A DNA stretch of 48,583 bases from a virus. Where the stretch lies: IMG/VR virus record IMGVR_UViG_3300045988_178905. One strand, 5' to 3'. The notes beneath the pieces were generated by a model. That model did no database searches, had not been told where the DNA came from, and saw only the letters and a program-made list of their open reading frames with translations. The position numbers and the translations under genes were made by a program. Below, one piece after another: positions 7,290 to 15,881 of the stretch (position 1 is the stretch's first letter; every line of letters begins with the position of its first letter).

Positions 7290-7838
7290 TCACTTGATGC
7301 ACGATTGCAACAATCTATGTACAATTTTCCATTTTAACGAATGTGTTGTTTTCTTTTCTGTTTGATACATAAAAATTTCTGTTACCTTTTGGAACAAATC
7401 TACTGGTAATATTGAGCCTTTCATTTGATTGCACTGATAGCAACAAATCTGTAAATTTTCAACTTCATCCTCTCCATTTTGATTCAGTGGAATTATATGA
7501 TCCAATGTAATCTCCGAAAAAAGTAGCTGTTTCCCACATATTGCACATTTTCCTTTTACGTTATCATACAAAAGTTTTCGTACATCCTGTGAATAGTGTT
7601 TTCTATTGTTTTTCTTTTTAACATATGTATCTTCTGTATCAAATAAATAATACCCCTTGCATTGTGCTGGTTTACCTAATATTTTTCGCATTGCCTTGTT
7701 TACGTTATAAAATTGAGTTGCCTCGTTTATATCCTTTGTCTTTTTTACTTTTCCATTCTTTGTATTTTGTATATAATACTCTCCATTTGTGATTACTATA
7801 GCCATAATATCAACCTCTTTTCCATTAAGGACAGCCAT
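7290..7838 (-). CDS. HNH endonuclease (182 aa; start may be Met12 at 7805)
   Basis: CAICGKQLLFSEITLDHIIPLNQNGEDEVENLQICCYQCNQMKG is an HNH motif with flanking Cys pairs. Confidence 0.85.
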   Translation of the reverse strand: MAVLNGKEVDIMAIVITNGEYYIQNTKNGKVKKTKDINEATQFYNVNKAMRKILGKPAQCKGYYLFDTEDTYVKKKNNRKHYSQDVRKLLYDNVKGKCAICGKQLLFSEITLDHIIPLNQNGEDEVENLQICCYQCNQMKGSILPVDLFQKVTEIFMYQTEKKTTHSLKWKIVHRLLQSCIK

Positions 7839-7874
7839 ATTTCAGACTGTCCTTTCATCCTTTACAGTTCACTT

Positions 7875-8183
7875 TTATCTTTCATCAGGGAAACAAACTG
7901 TTGTCGCATTGTCTCCTGGTGTTTCGGAGATTCGATTTGTAATAATCCAAATTCTGCCTTTTGAGGTATTGTAAGCACCCATAAGATACAAATCATCTGG
8001 ATAATTCAAAGCATCCTCATTTGTCTGTTTATCTTCTGCGTCCATATCTCCCCAGTCTTTAACTGCAAATCTCTGTAATGCAACTGTGACCTCAACCGCA
8101 AATTTCTGTTCCGCTGCCATAAGATCATTGATTGATCTTGTAGTTACTACCTGTCCCATATTGAAAAATTTTGATGTAATCAT
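7875..8183 (-). CDS. Conserved mobile-element protein of unknown function (102 aa)
   Basis: The pattern ...DWGDMDAEDKQTNEDAL...IWIITNR...TTVCFPDE resembles a small protein family I recall from plasmids/ICEs. Not verified. Confidence 0.7.
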   Translation of the reverse strand: MITSKFFNMGQVVTTRSINDLMAAEQKFAVEVTVALQRFAVKDWGDMDAEDKQTNEDALNYPDDLYLMGAYNTSKGRIWIITNRISETPGDNATTVCFPDER

Positions 8184-8202
8184 TTTGCTTTCAGTCCTTT
8201 CC

Positions 8203-8436
8203 TTATTCGTTCAATGTCTTTACTGCCTCTATCATTTTCGCATTGTATTCATCATAGATTAAAAAGCTAACAATTCTCTTGCCTATACAAATTAAAGCCT
8301 CGTGGTTTTTATATACCTCTTCCTTTTTTCCTTGATTAACTTTTCTCATGTTTGAAAAAATACTATTGTCAAACATTTTCTGCTTATATTTTTCAATGGA
8401 CTTTTCTTTATTAAAATAGACATAATTTTTATACAT
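8203..8436 (-). CDS. Hypothetical protein (77 aa)
   Basis: ORF in operon. Confidence 0.6.
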   Translation of the reverse strand: MYKNYVYFNKEKSIEKYKQKMFDNSIFSNMRKVNQGKKEEVYKNHEALICIGKRIVSFLIYDEYNAKMIEAVKTLNE

Positions 8437-8454
8437 TCCTTATCACCCATATCC

Positions 8455-8688
8455 TTATATCAAACCAACCATACAAGCCATTTTATACAATGGATTCTTT
8501 GCAAGTTTCCTCATATGCTCCGCTTTCTGTTTGGCTTTGCGTTCCATCCTGTCCATAAATGCCATCTGATTATCAAGTTCTGTATATTCCAACGTCTGCG
8601 TTGGTGTCAGTGCGTTATATGGTGTTTTTAAGTTTCTATCTATGATCTGGTTTCCGTCTGCTGTTGTGATGATTCTAAAATTAAACAT
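8455..8688 (-). CDS. Hypothetical protein (77 aa)
   Basis: ORF in operon. MFNFRIITTADGNQIIDRNLKTPYNALTP resembles small proteins common in clostridial mobile elements (recollection only). Confidence 0.65.
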   Translation of the reverse strand: MFNFRIITTADGNQIIDRNLKTPYNALTPTQTLEYTELDNQMAFMDRMERKAKQKAEHMRKLAKNPLYKMACMVGLI

Positions 8689-8705
8689 ATTGTTTTCCGT
8701 CCTTT

Positions 8706-9248
8706 CTATGCTTCCATTACCTCTGTAACAATTCGCTTTACCTTGTCAAACTGTTTATATACTCGTTTCTGTTTGATTCCGTGATTATCCGCTATTTCCT
8801 TTAGTGAATAACCTTCCACCTTGTCAGAAAATATTTTCTTTTGTTCTTCTGTCAATCCGTTTTCAATCTGCTTTACCATTGCCCTATATTCCAGATTAGA
8901 TGCTGTTTCCATTGTAGAATGATTAGAAATATTCATATCCATTGAATCTAAACTAATATCTGATCCGGCTTCTGTACTTCTCTTTTGTGCTTTCTGTTTT
9001 CTAAAGTGAACAAATACCGCCTGTTTCATATACATATAGGAAACCGCTTCAAAACTGCATTTCGCTTGTAATTGCGGATCATTCAAATACTTTTCTACTG
9101 ATAACAGAAAATCAAACACAACAATATCAAAAAATTCTTCTGCATCCAGTTTTGACTTCTTCAAAAAGTCCATGATTAGATGATAATTTTCTTCTGAAAA
9201 CTTGCGTTCTTCCCTTGTCAATGGTCTTAATTGCTCTTTGTTTTCCAT
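8706..9248 (-). CDS. Sigma-70 family (ECF-like) sigma factor-like protein (180 aa)
   Basis: C-terminal LTEEQKKIFSDKVEGYSLKEIADNHGIKQKRVYKQFDKVKRIV is a region-4 HTH. The N-terminal half is region-2-like. Confidence 0.75.
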   Translation of the reverse strand: MENKEQLRPLTREERKFSEENYHLIMDFLKKSKLDAEEFFDIVVFDFLLSVEKYLNDPQLQAKCSFEAVSYMYMKQAVFVHFRKQKAQKRSTEAGSDISLDSMDMNISNHSTMETASNLEYRAMVKQIENGLTEEQKKIFSDKVEGYSLKEIADNHGIKQKRVYKQFDKVKRIVTEVMEA

Positions 9249-9310
9249 GTGATAACCTTCTTTCTATTGGTGGCAAGTGTGCCATTTCTGACACACCGCC
9301 CAACTCCAAT

Positions 9311-10021
9311 TTACATATCAAGTAAATCTCTCCATTTGTGGTATTCATCAATGTTTCCAAAATACTTTGTATCATTGAATAATCTTGCCATAGCACAATT
9401 TCCTGTTCTTCTAAGTGTTAAAAGTCTAATAAGCTCTTTTATCTCTGCAAGTGTCCACTCTCTATACTCGTCTAATTCAATCCTAGCCTGTCTTGCAATC
9501 TCTGTATCTGTATAACCCTGTATTCTCATAGCAAGAACTATTTCAAGAAGTTCAGGCTCTGCATATCTGCCAACATTTGCAAACAAGTCACGCAAAAACT
9601 CTTTTTCAATTACATATGCTTCAACATTTTTTGTTTTATCAATCCAATATGCATCTAACGGATGTCCTGAAAAAGGATTATCGCCCTCTAATTCATAATC
9701 AAGACTAACAAAACCGCCCTCTGGCATACGCTTTTGTGTGTGATCTGCTCTATGCTTGCCATAAACCGCACGAGAAAGAACTTTTTCAGCAACCGCATAA
9801 AATGGATAGATATGTAACTCTTCTCTACTGCAATACTTCTTTACTGCGTTAAGATAAGGGATGACCAATTCGTCATACCAATCTTCTACTGGTAAATGAT
9901 TCCATCTCATAAACTGATATAAATAGTCGTGATGTTCTTCTGCAAACACTCTTTCTTCTACTGTCAAAGGTCTGTCGGTGTAATCTGCTTTCTGTCCTCT
10001 TCTCCATGTTTTTTCTGTCAT
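9311..10021 (-). CDS. Second sigma-factor-like HTH protein (236 aa)
   Basis: Trimmed to MTEKTWRRGQ (TAGGAGG RBS). C-terminal LLEIVLAMRIQGYTDTEIARQARIELDEY is region-4-like. Confidence 0.65.
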   Translation of the reverse strand: MTEKTWRRGQKADYTDRPLTVEERVFAEEHHDYLYQFMRWNHLPVEDWYDELVIPYLNAVKKYCSREELHIYPFYAVAEKVLSRAVYGKHRADHTQKRMPEGGFVSLDYELEGDNPFSGHPLDAYWIDKTKNVEAYVIEKEFLRDLFANVGRYAEPELLEIVLAMRIQGYTDTEIARQARIELDEYREWTLAEIKELIRLLTLRRTGNCAMARLFNDTKYFGNIDEYHKWRDLLDM

Positions 10022-10137
10022 AATGCTACCTCCTAAAATATGTATTTTGATTGATTGATTTTGTACGACTACTATTGAGCCGATAGGCAAGCGGAGGACT
10101 GAACCTCCCACGGCTGAACTGTCACCGCCTTAATTGA

Positions 10138-10329
10138 TTAGAAATTATATTCCGGGTAAACATCCTCGATATTGAAATCATTTTCAAACCAACAGTGATT
10201 AGATACTTCTGGAATATCAATAATAATGTGGTCTGTGTGGGTTTCTGTAACTGTACCCTTGTAAAATGTTCCGTCCATATTGCAACGGACTTTCTGACCG
10301 ACTGAAAACAAATGTATTAAATTACTCAT
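10138..10329 (-). CDS. Hypothetical protein (63 aa)
   Basis: ORF with GGAGGG RBS. Confidence 0.6.
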   Translation of the reverse strand: MSNLIHLFSVGQKVRCNMDGTFYKGTVTETHTDHIIIDIPEVSNHCWFENDFNIEDVYPEYNF

Positions 10330-10404
10330 ATATAAATCCCTCCTATTCTTTAGGGTATCGGGTGGATTGCTCCACCCTTTGTCCTGTTGATTGCTAACCG
10401 CTTA

Positions 10405-10677
10405 TTACTTGATTCGTAACACACTGTATGTCGTTGTTTTGGTGTACTCTTCCAGACTTCCTAAATCTTCCTCAAGTCTTTTCTTGTCTAAAGTAGAGCG
10501 AACCTGCGACTTATAGGTAATTTTTGCCGTGTCTGTAATTTCTTCTGTAAGGTTGTTTTCATTCATATAAGAAATAACCTCAGCTTCCAGAGCATTTTCA
10601 ATGTTGCTTGCTTCCTCAATCATTGTTTTGTACTTTCTGATTTCTTCAACCTTTGCTTCTAATTCTTTTTTTGTCAT
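10405..10677 (-). CDS. Coiled-coil protein (90 aa, MTKKELEAKVEEIRKYK...)
   Basis: Trimmed to the internal Met with AAGGAGG RBS. The upstream part of the track ORF runs through the operator array. Confidence 0.65.
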   Translation of the reverse strand: MTKKELEAKVEEIRKYKTMIEEASNIENALEAEVISYMNENNLTEEITDTAKITYKSQVRSTLDKKRLEEDLGSLEEYTKTTTYSVLRIK

Positions 10678-10747
10678 AATGACTACCTCCTTAAATATGT
10701 TTGATTGATTTTGTGTAGGTCTGTTTTGTTTGACCTTGTAACTGTAT

Positions 10748-10910
10748 TGTACACTCGTTAGTGTGCAATGTCTATTGACGAAATATACAAAATGTACACT
10801 AGTTAGTGTCGTTTTATTATACAAGTTCACTACTTAGTGTACATATTACACAAGATCATTGTACACTCTTTAGTGAATTTGTATATTGATATTGTACACT
10901 TGTTAGTGTA
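10748..10910. promoter_or_regulatory. Array of five operator palindromes tGTACACT-nnTT-AGTGTa in a divergent promoter region
   Basis: Copies at 10748-10765, 10793-10810, 10825-10842, 10860-10877 and 10893-10910. The last fills the spacer of a TTGATA(10886-10891)-17nt-TATTAT plus-strand promoter. Confidence 0.75.
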
Positions 10911-10963
10911 TTATAATGATATCAAATCAATCAACAATATATTTTTAAAGGAGGTTTTTCTAT

Positions 10964-11476
10964 ATGAAATATTTTAAGAATGTAGAAACACTGGAAGAAT
11001 TAAGAAAACAGTACAAAGAGCTATTAAAGAAGTACCATCCCGACAACCCAAACGGATCTACAGAAGCAACGCAAGAAGTCAATGCTGAATATGATACATT
11101 ATTCAAGACATTAAAAGACAGACACGAACACGGAGCAAGCGACACCAACGACAACAAAACAGATTATAATAATATGAAGTATGATTTTTCAGAAGATGAA
11201 AAACTAAGGGAAGTATTACAGCATATTGTTACAATGGAAAATATCAATATTGAAATTGTAGGTTGTTGGATATGGATAGACGGCAACACATACGAACACA
11301 AAGACACTTTAAAGGCTTTAGGGTTCAAGTGGGCAAGAGAAAAAAAGAAGTGGTATTTTCATACAGAATCATTCAGAAAAAGAAGCCACAAAAAATTATC
11401 TATGGACGATATAAGAAACTACTATGGAAGTACAGAAGTAAAGACAGAGGAAACAAAGAGATTAAAACAAGCGTAA
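10964..11476 (+). CDS. J-domain (DnaJ-like) protein (170 aa)
   Basis: EELRKQYKELLKKYHPDNPNGSTEATQEVNAEYDTLFKTL with the HPD tripeptide. Confidence 0.85.
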   Translation: MKYFKNVETLEELRKQYKELLKKYHPDNPNGSTEATQEVNAEYDTLFKTLKDRHEHGASDTNDNKTDYNNMKYDFSEDEKLREVLQHIVTMENINIEIVGCWIWIDGNTYEHKDTLKALGFKWAREKKKWYFHTESFRKRSHKKLSMDDIRNYYGSTEVKTEETKRLKQA

Positions 11477-11537
11477 AAAATAAGGGTGTAGACAATAACA
11501 AGCCTACACCCTACCATAAGAAAAGGAGATCAAAACC

Positions 11538-11840
11538 ATGAAAAAATCTATTGAAAAAATCGGAACTATTGCAACTATCGTTATTATGTCGGTATGCTCT
11601 TACATTGCAGGAACTACACAAGTAAAAACGGAAACAGTCACAAAGACTATTACAAAAGAGGTTGAAGTTATCCCCGATAATTATATATCACTTGATGATG
11701 TATGCGGTTGGTACTATGATAAGTACGACTATATTTGTTTTGAACTCGGAGACATTGGGAAACAGTTAGACAATCCAAACGGAAAAAGTTACAATGATAT
11801 TATTTCAGACTTGCCACACTTGACAGATTTAGAAGAATAA
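11538..11840 (+). CDS. N-terminally membrane-anchored small protein (100 aa)
   Basis: IGTIATIVIMSVCSYIAG hydrophobic span; AGGAG RBS. Confidence 0.65.
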   Translation: MKKSIEKIGTIATIVIMSVCSYIAGTTQVKTETVTKTITKEVEVIPDNYISLDDVCGWYYDKYDYICFELGDIGKQLDNPNGKSYNDIISDLPHLTDLEE

Positions 11841-11869
11841 AGCAATAACATAATATAATTATAACACAA

Positions 11870-11901
11870 GGGTGTAACCGATAAAGTTACACCCTATTTT
11901 T
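11870..11901 (+). terminator. Intrinsic terminator
   Basis: GGGTGTAAC-cgataaa-GTTACACCC followed by TATTTTT. Confidence 0.75.
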
Positions 11902-11934
11902 GTATGCTCTATTGATATTTTTTAATGTCATTAT

Positions 11935-12660
11935 ATCCTACTGGTTTAGTAGGTATTGTGTAGTCCAGGGTAGCAAAAACTAAAAAAGGGAATTGTTTTT
12001 CTCTGCCGCCCTGTAGTTGGTTCTTCTCGACACGGACTTGAAAAATTTACCCCTACGATATTTTCAATCCTAAAATCTGTCGCTTTGAAATGAACGGAAG
12101 TATTATTTATAAAACCTCTATTACGGAAGTGGGATTTACAACACTTCTATTCCCACCTAAAGGGAAAATTCCCCTAAGTGAAACTGTTCCACTTAGAAGA
12201 TAAAATTTTTCGCACACTTGTATGCGAAAGATTTTTATTCTTCAAGGTGTGTCCATTTGAACACAAGGCGTTTAAAGTTTTCGCCACTTCTGGCGGTATC
12301 TCATGGGGAACGAAATTTAGTTTCCTTCAACTATTGCAAATATGAAACATCTCTAAACCAACACTATCTGTTTCAGATAACAGCGCAAAATTGCGCTGTA
12401 CCACTGTGGACTAACCGCTTTTTCGGAATCTGAAATTCCGATTCATTCTTCCCCAGTTCCCCACGGAGAACTTACCCCATATCCTTAGAGAAAATCAATA
12501 GAAATCGCACCAAATCCGCTTCAAAATCCATCATAGATAACCTTGTTCGCCTACACAATTACAAAGCCGATTTGCCCTAAAAATCACTTATTTTCACAAA
12601 GGATAATAGCATATAATACAGGGAGGGGTACACTTAAACTATGCTATATTAAGTACCTAA
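11935..12660. ncRNA. ORF-free, hairpin-dense region; candidate large structured RNA (strand undetermined)
   Basis: No plausible CDS for ~0.75 kb between convergent genes. At least 10 local hairpins, e.g. 12126-12147, 12174-12196, 12208-12229, 12282-12295, 12366-12378, 12381-12398, 12423-12441. Possible long-range GGGGAA(12305)/TTCCCC(12449) pairing. Visibly GC-richer than the flanks. Confidence 0.35.
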
Positions 12661-12683
12661 CAGCAGCAGACGTACCAATAAAA

Positions 12684-13061
12684 TTACTCTTCCGTTTTCT
12701 TAAACGTCCAATATTTATCCTTAATCAAATACTCTCCATCCTCGTAAACAACATTATATCTGGACTTCTTCGTATCACCTTTATATTCATAATAAAAATA
12801 TCCCTTTTCTGGAACTAACACTATTTTAGATGGATCATCGACTTTATCTCCATTGCTCAAATATGCACTGTCGTTATCAATGGTGAAAACAAAATCATAT
12901 TCAGAAGCACCCGTTCTCCATATACCATTTATCACTTCTGACATTTCATCTTTACTCTGGAACTTAGCATTTTTATTGGATATTACCATAATCAAAATAC
13001 ATAGAAATAAGATTAAGGTCATCACAAAAAATGATATAATGATTGCCTTTTTATTTTTCAT
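12684..13061 (-). CDS. Membrane-anchored/secreted small protein (125 aa)
   Basis: N-terminal KKAIIISFFVMTLILFLCILIMVI anchor; GAGGAGG RBS. Confidence 0.7.
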   Translation of the reverse strand: MKNKKAIIISFFVMTLILFLCILIMVISNKNAKFQSKDEMSEVINGIWRTGASEYDFVFTIDNDSAYLSNGDKVDDPSKIVLVPEKGYFYYEYKGDTKKSRYNVVYEDGEYLIKDKYWTFKKTEE

Positions 13062-13079
13062 TCACTGACACCTCCTCTA

Positions 13080-13526
13080 CTATTCACTTCCACACGAATT
13101 ACAATGCCATTGCTTCTTAATCTTTTGCGAAAATATTCCCCATAATGCTACACTTCCTGCTTTTGTCATAGTAGAAATTTTTTTAATATTTTCGCTTTGG
13201 CAGATTGGACATTTCTTTAATATTGCCAAATCTTCACTAACCTCTGGGTCTTTTGCTTTTGAAATTTTATTACCTAAATACTTTGTAACCACATTGATTA
13301 CATCTTTGTTATAACATCCTAAATTAAGCTGCTCAATTATTTCTTCTTTTATTGTGAGCAGTTCTGATTTTGTCGGATGTATTCTCTTCTGGTATAAATC
13401 GTTAAGCACTGAAGGCATTTTTTCAAAGCAATCAGAGCATATAACCAACTCTTCATTTTCTAATAAAGGAATGCGTACTGTAAGTAATCCAATATTTTTA
13501 CCACAACACAAACAATTCTTAGCCAT
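13080..13526 (-). CDS. Double zinc-ribbon protein (148 aa from MAKNCLCCGK)
   Basis: CLCCGK...CSDCFEK and CPICQS...CNSCGSE Cys pairs. The track ORF starts at an upstream TTG. Confidence 0.65.
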   Translation of the reverse strand: MAKNCLCCGKNIGLLTVRIPLLENEELVICSDCFEKMPSVLNDLYQKRIHPTKSELLTIKEEIIEQLNLGCYNKDVINVVTKYLGNKISKAKDPEVSEDLAILKKCPICQSENIKKISTMTKAGSVALWGIFSQKIKKQWHCNSCGSE

Positions 13527-13689
13527 ATATGCAACTACTCCTTTTTCTCTACAGCAATCCAATTATTCCAAGTATAAAATCGCACACAAAACCAAATTCC
13601 CCTTATTGTGTAATTATACCATACATCATACAAAAAAGGTAAAAAAATAGGGTATATCAGATAAACTAATATTCAATATGCCCTAATCT

Positions 13690-14289
13690 CTAATCCCACA
13701 ACGAATAGAACCACTTAGAAAATAATTCCAATGCCTCATTCTTGCAATCTTCCCTGTACTGGCTCAATGCTTTTTCTTCCTCATAATATTTTTCCTCAAT
13801 ATCCTTATACTCTGGTATTTCACTAGGAAAATGCAAAACTCTACTATGTTTATTTTTCTTTTCTTCTTCGAGTTTTTGTCCAAAGATTCCATATTTTGCT
13901 TCAAACTCTTGTAATACACCCTCATGCTTTTTCTGATATGGATTTTTCTTCTGGCACATTTCCTCATTCATTTCTCTAAATAAGAATATCATCTTATCCA
14001 AAATTTTATCCCACTCTGCATGACATTCATCATTGCAGGAAATCCCATGTTCATCCACGTACTCTGTCCCCAAACAGCTCGGACTTCCATGCTTTGTATC
14101 TTTGAATTGTTGCAACATATCTGGCATAAGATTCATAAACCAATAATCAATGTTCCATAAATCCTTATCGCAATAACCTTTTGTCACTCTCTGAAAGCTG
14201 TATTTTATATTCCGCAACACAAGACCAGGTATCTTCCACGGTCTTTTTCTTTCATACCAAAAATCTGTTTTATTCCATACATTATCCAT
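13690..14289 (-). CDS. Hypothetical protein (199 aa)
   Basis: GGAGGG RBS 9 nt upstream of the ATG at 14289. It overlaps the upstream HTH gene by 85 nt. Confidence 0.65.
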   Translation of the reverse strand: MDNVWNKTDFWYERKRPWKIPGLVLRNIKYSFQRVTKGYCDKDLWNIDYWFMNLMPDMLQQFKDTKHGSPSCLGTEYVDEHGISCNDECHAEWDKILDKMIFLFREMNEEMCQKKNPYQKKHEGVLQEFEAKYGIFGQKLEEEKKNKHSRVLHFPSEIPEYKDIEEKYYEEEKALSQYREDCKNEALELFSKWFYSLWD

Positions 14290-14552
14290 TGTGTAGCACC
14301 CTCCATCAAAATAGCAATATCCCCGTCAATGACGAGGATATCTTCTATACTGGTATGTAACACTTTGCTTAGAATCAGCAGATTATCCAAGTTGGGTAAC
14401 GATTTACCAGAAAGCCATTTATAGACTGCCTGTGGATTTTCAAATCCCATAACTTCTTGAATATCTTTTACTGTATATCCATTATTCAATAAAAGTTCTC
14501 TGATTCTGTTTCCTGTTGCTTCTTGTTGGATTGATAAATATATAGGCTTCAC
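14205..14552 (-). CDS. XRE-family HTH regulator (115 aa, GTG start)
   Basis: AGGAGG-6nt-GTG. TGNRIRELLLNNGYTVKDIQEVMGFENPQAVYKWLSGKSLPNLDNLLILSKVL is an HTH_3 pattern. Confidence 0.75.
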   Translation of the reverse strand: MKPIYLSIQQEATGNRIRELLLNNGYTVKDIQEVMGFENPQAVYKWLSGKSLPNLDNLLILSKVLHTSIEDILVIDGDIAILMEGATQWIMYGIKQIFGMKEKDRGRYLVLCCGI

Positions 14553-14737
14553 ATTGCTCCTCCTTATACATCTTCCATCCCGATACACAAACATATTTTA
14601 TCATTATTTCAATGTTTCTTCCAGTAATTTTATCTGACAGCACCTCGAAATTATATTTAATTTTATGCCTATAAGCATTATCTGTCATTAAACTATTGGT
14701 TTAATTCAGTTTTACAACGTTTCCCTCTTTGGAAACG

Positions 14738-15817
14738 TCAATCTTCATACGGACTATAAGGATGCACCTCATATTTAATCAATGCATCAAATAGCCTGTC
14801 TGGTATCTTATCTCTATATCTCAATGCCAATACCCTAATCTCCGATTCCTTAAATAGTTTATATTCTTGAAAAGCTTCTTCTTCCGTATTCCAGTAATGC
14901 AGCTTAACTTGTTTGTCATGCCCGAATGGTGTGATCCTTGCAAAGAACTTATCCCTTGCTTTGTCATAATCAACACCGATAGCATAAACCTTTGCTGATT
15001 TGTAACGGCTTCTTCTCTTTGTAGCACTTGCCAAGGCAGAATTGATAGTCTCAGGCAATATACAACACTTGTCTGGTGCATACTCTTTATTGCCACGACA
15101 TAATAAATCCTTATCAACTGCCATGCGTTCTCCGTCACACTCATAATAGTTAGCAGAATACCATTCAGCAAAAGAATCTCTGCTATTCTTCCAATCGTCA
15201 CACATATAAGCATCATCATAGCATTGATTCACCAATAATGAACTACCACCATAACACCTTGCATAAATCCCCTCATAAATTTTATAAGCTGGATTGCCCT
15301 TTACCGTATTGTAATCATAATATTCCTGTTCTCTGCTAATCTCTGCAACTGTTTTGACGTGCTTACGTAACAACTCATACTCTTCCGCAGATACATAAAT
15401 CAGATTCTTATAATAGTTGTTATTCATATTTTCGTCTATATGCCATATCTTATTGCATCCTGTCGGCTTGATTAAGAAATACTTTGCTACAAGAATTTCT
15501 GGACTTGTTTCTTCATGTAAAGCAGTTCCGTCAATATCATAGGTTACAATCGTCCAATGCACACTTCTTTTGGGATCACCGCTATCCATTTTATGAAAGA
15601 AGAATGTTTTATCTTTCCTCATATTGTTTGTAAGTCTGCCATGACTTGAAATCCAATAATGCTGTGTATCTTCCAACTGTACAAATATTTCATCATCTCC
15701 AAGTAAATCTATATTATTCTTTTTTGTGTCAAGCACTTTATCATCTGATAGCTTTATGTAATCTCTGAACTCTTTTCGTTCAAATCTTCTTCTATCTTTG
15801 ACCTTTATATAAGCCAT
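14738..15817 (-). CDS. Homing-endonuclease-like DNA-binding protein (NUMOD4/degenerate HNH_3 plus AP2-like C-terminus), paralog 2 (359 aa)
   Basis: YWISSHGRLTN; WHIDENMNNNYYKNLIYV; YEGIYARCYG...CDDWKNSRDSFAEWY; GVDYDKARDKFFARITPFGHDKQVKLHYWNTEEEAFQEY (AP2-type). Confidence 0.7.
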   Translation of the reverse strand: MAYIKVKDRRRFERKEFRDYIKLSDDKVLDTKKNNIDLLGDDEIFVQLEDTQHYWISSHGRLTNNMRKDKTFFFHKMDSGDPKRSVHWTIVTYDIDGTALHEETSPEILVAKYFLIKPTGCNKIWHIDENMNNNYYKNLIYVSAEEYELLRKHVKTVAEISREQEYYDYNTVKGNPAYKIYEGIYARCYGGSSLLVNQCYDDAYMCDDWKNSRDSFAEWYSANYYECDGERMAVDKDLLCRGNKEYAPDKCCILPETINSALASATKRRSRYKSAKVYAIGVDYDKARDKFFARITPFGHDKQVKLHYWNTEEEAFQEYKLFKESEIRVLALRYRDKIPDRLFDALIKYEVHPYSPYED

Positions 15818-15881
15818 AATTCCTTTTTCTCCTTTATAAACTGCAAAGAGGCAGCAGGGTTAAATCTGCCACCTCCGATTA

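Noticed and set aside
9127-9515. Track ORFs 9127..9396 (-) and 9231..9515 (+) overlapping the two sigma-like genes
   Set aside because: They are alternative-frame or antisense overlaps of well-supported genes, with no RBS.
10078-10115. GC-rich nested hairpin (AGCCG...GGAGG-ttcagt-CCTCC...CGGCT on the minus strand) resembling a tRNA T-arm
   Set aside because: The loop is 6 nt and lacks the T-loop consensus. No acceptor, D or anticodon arms can be built from the flanks. It is probably just an intercistronic stabiliser or attenuator hairpin. No tRNA was found anywhere in the window.
10748-10910. Possibility that the five regularly spaced 18-bp repeats are a mini CRISPR array
   Set aside because: The repeats are imperfect palindromes of only 16-18 bp with 14-27 bp gaps. 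They sit in a divergent promoter region, recur singly at 4399, and no cas genes are present. An operator array explains them better.
11263-11541. Lys/Arg-rich ORF in an alternative frame of the J-domain gene
   Set aside because: It is an artefact of the A-rich coding sequence. The J-domain frame has the HPD motif and an RBS.
12218-12818. Plus-strand ORFs 12218..12433 and 12543..12818 in the large non-coding region
   Set aside because: They have no RBS, nonsense-like composition, and the second is antisense to the 12684..13061 gene. The region is treated as non-coding.
13764-15219. Nested same-strand ORFs 13764..13967 and 14821..15219, and ORF 14482..14688
   Set aside because: They are alternative frames inside longer, motif-bearing genes, or they span a promoter region. 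Their composition is implausible.
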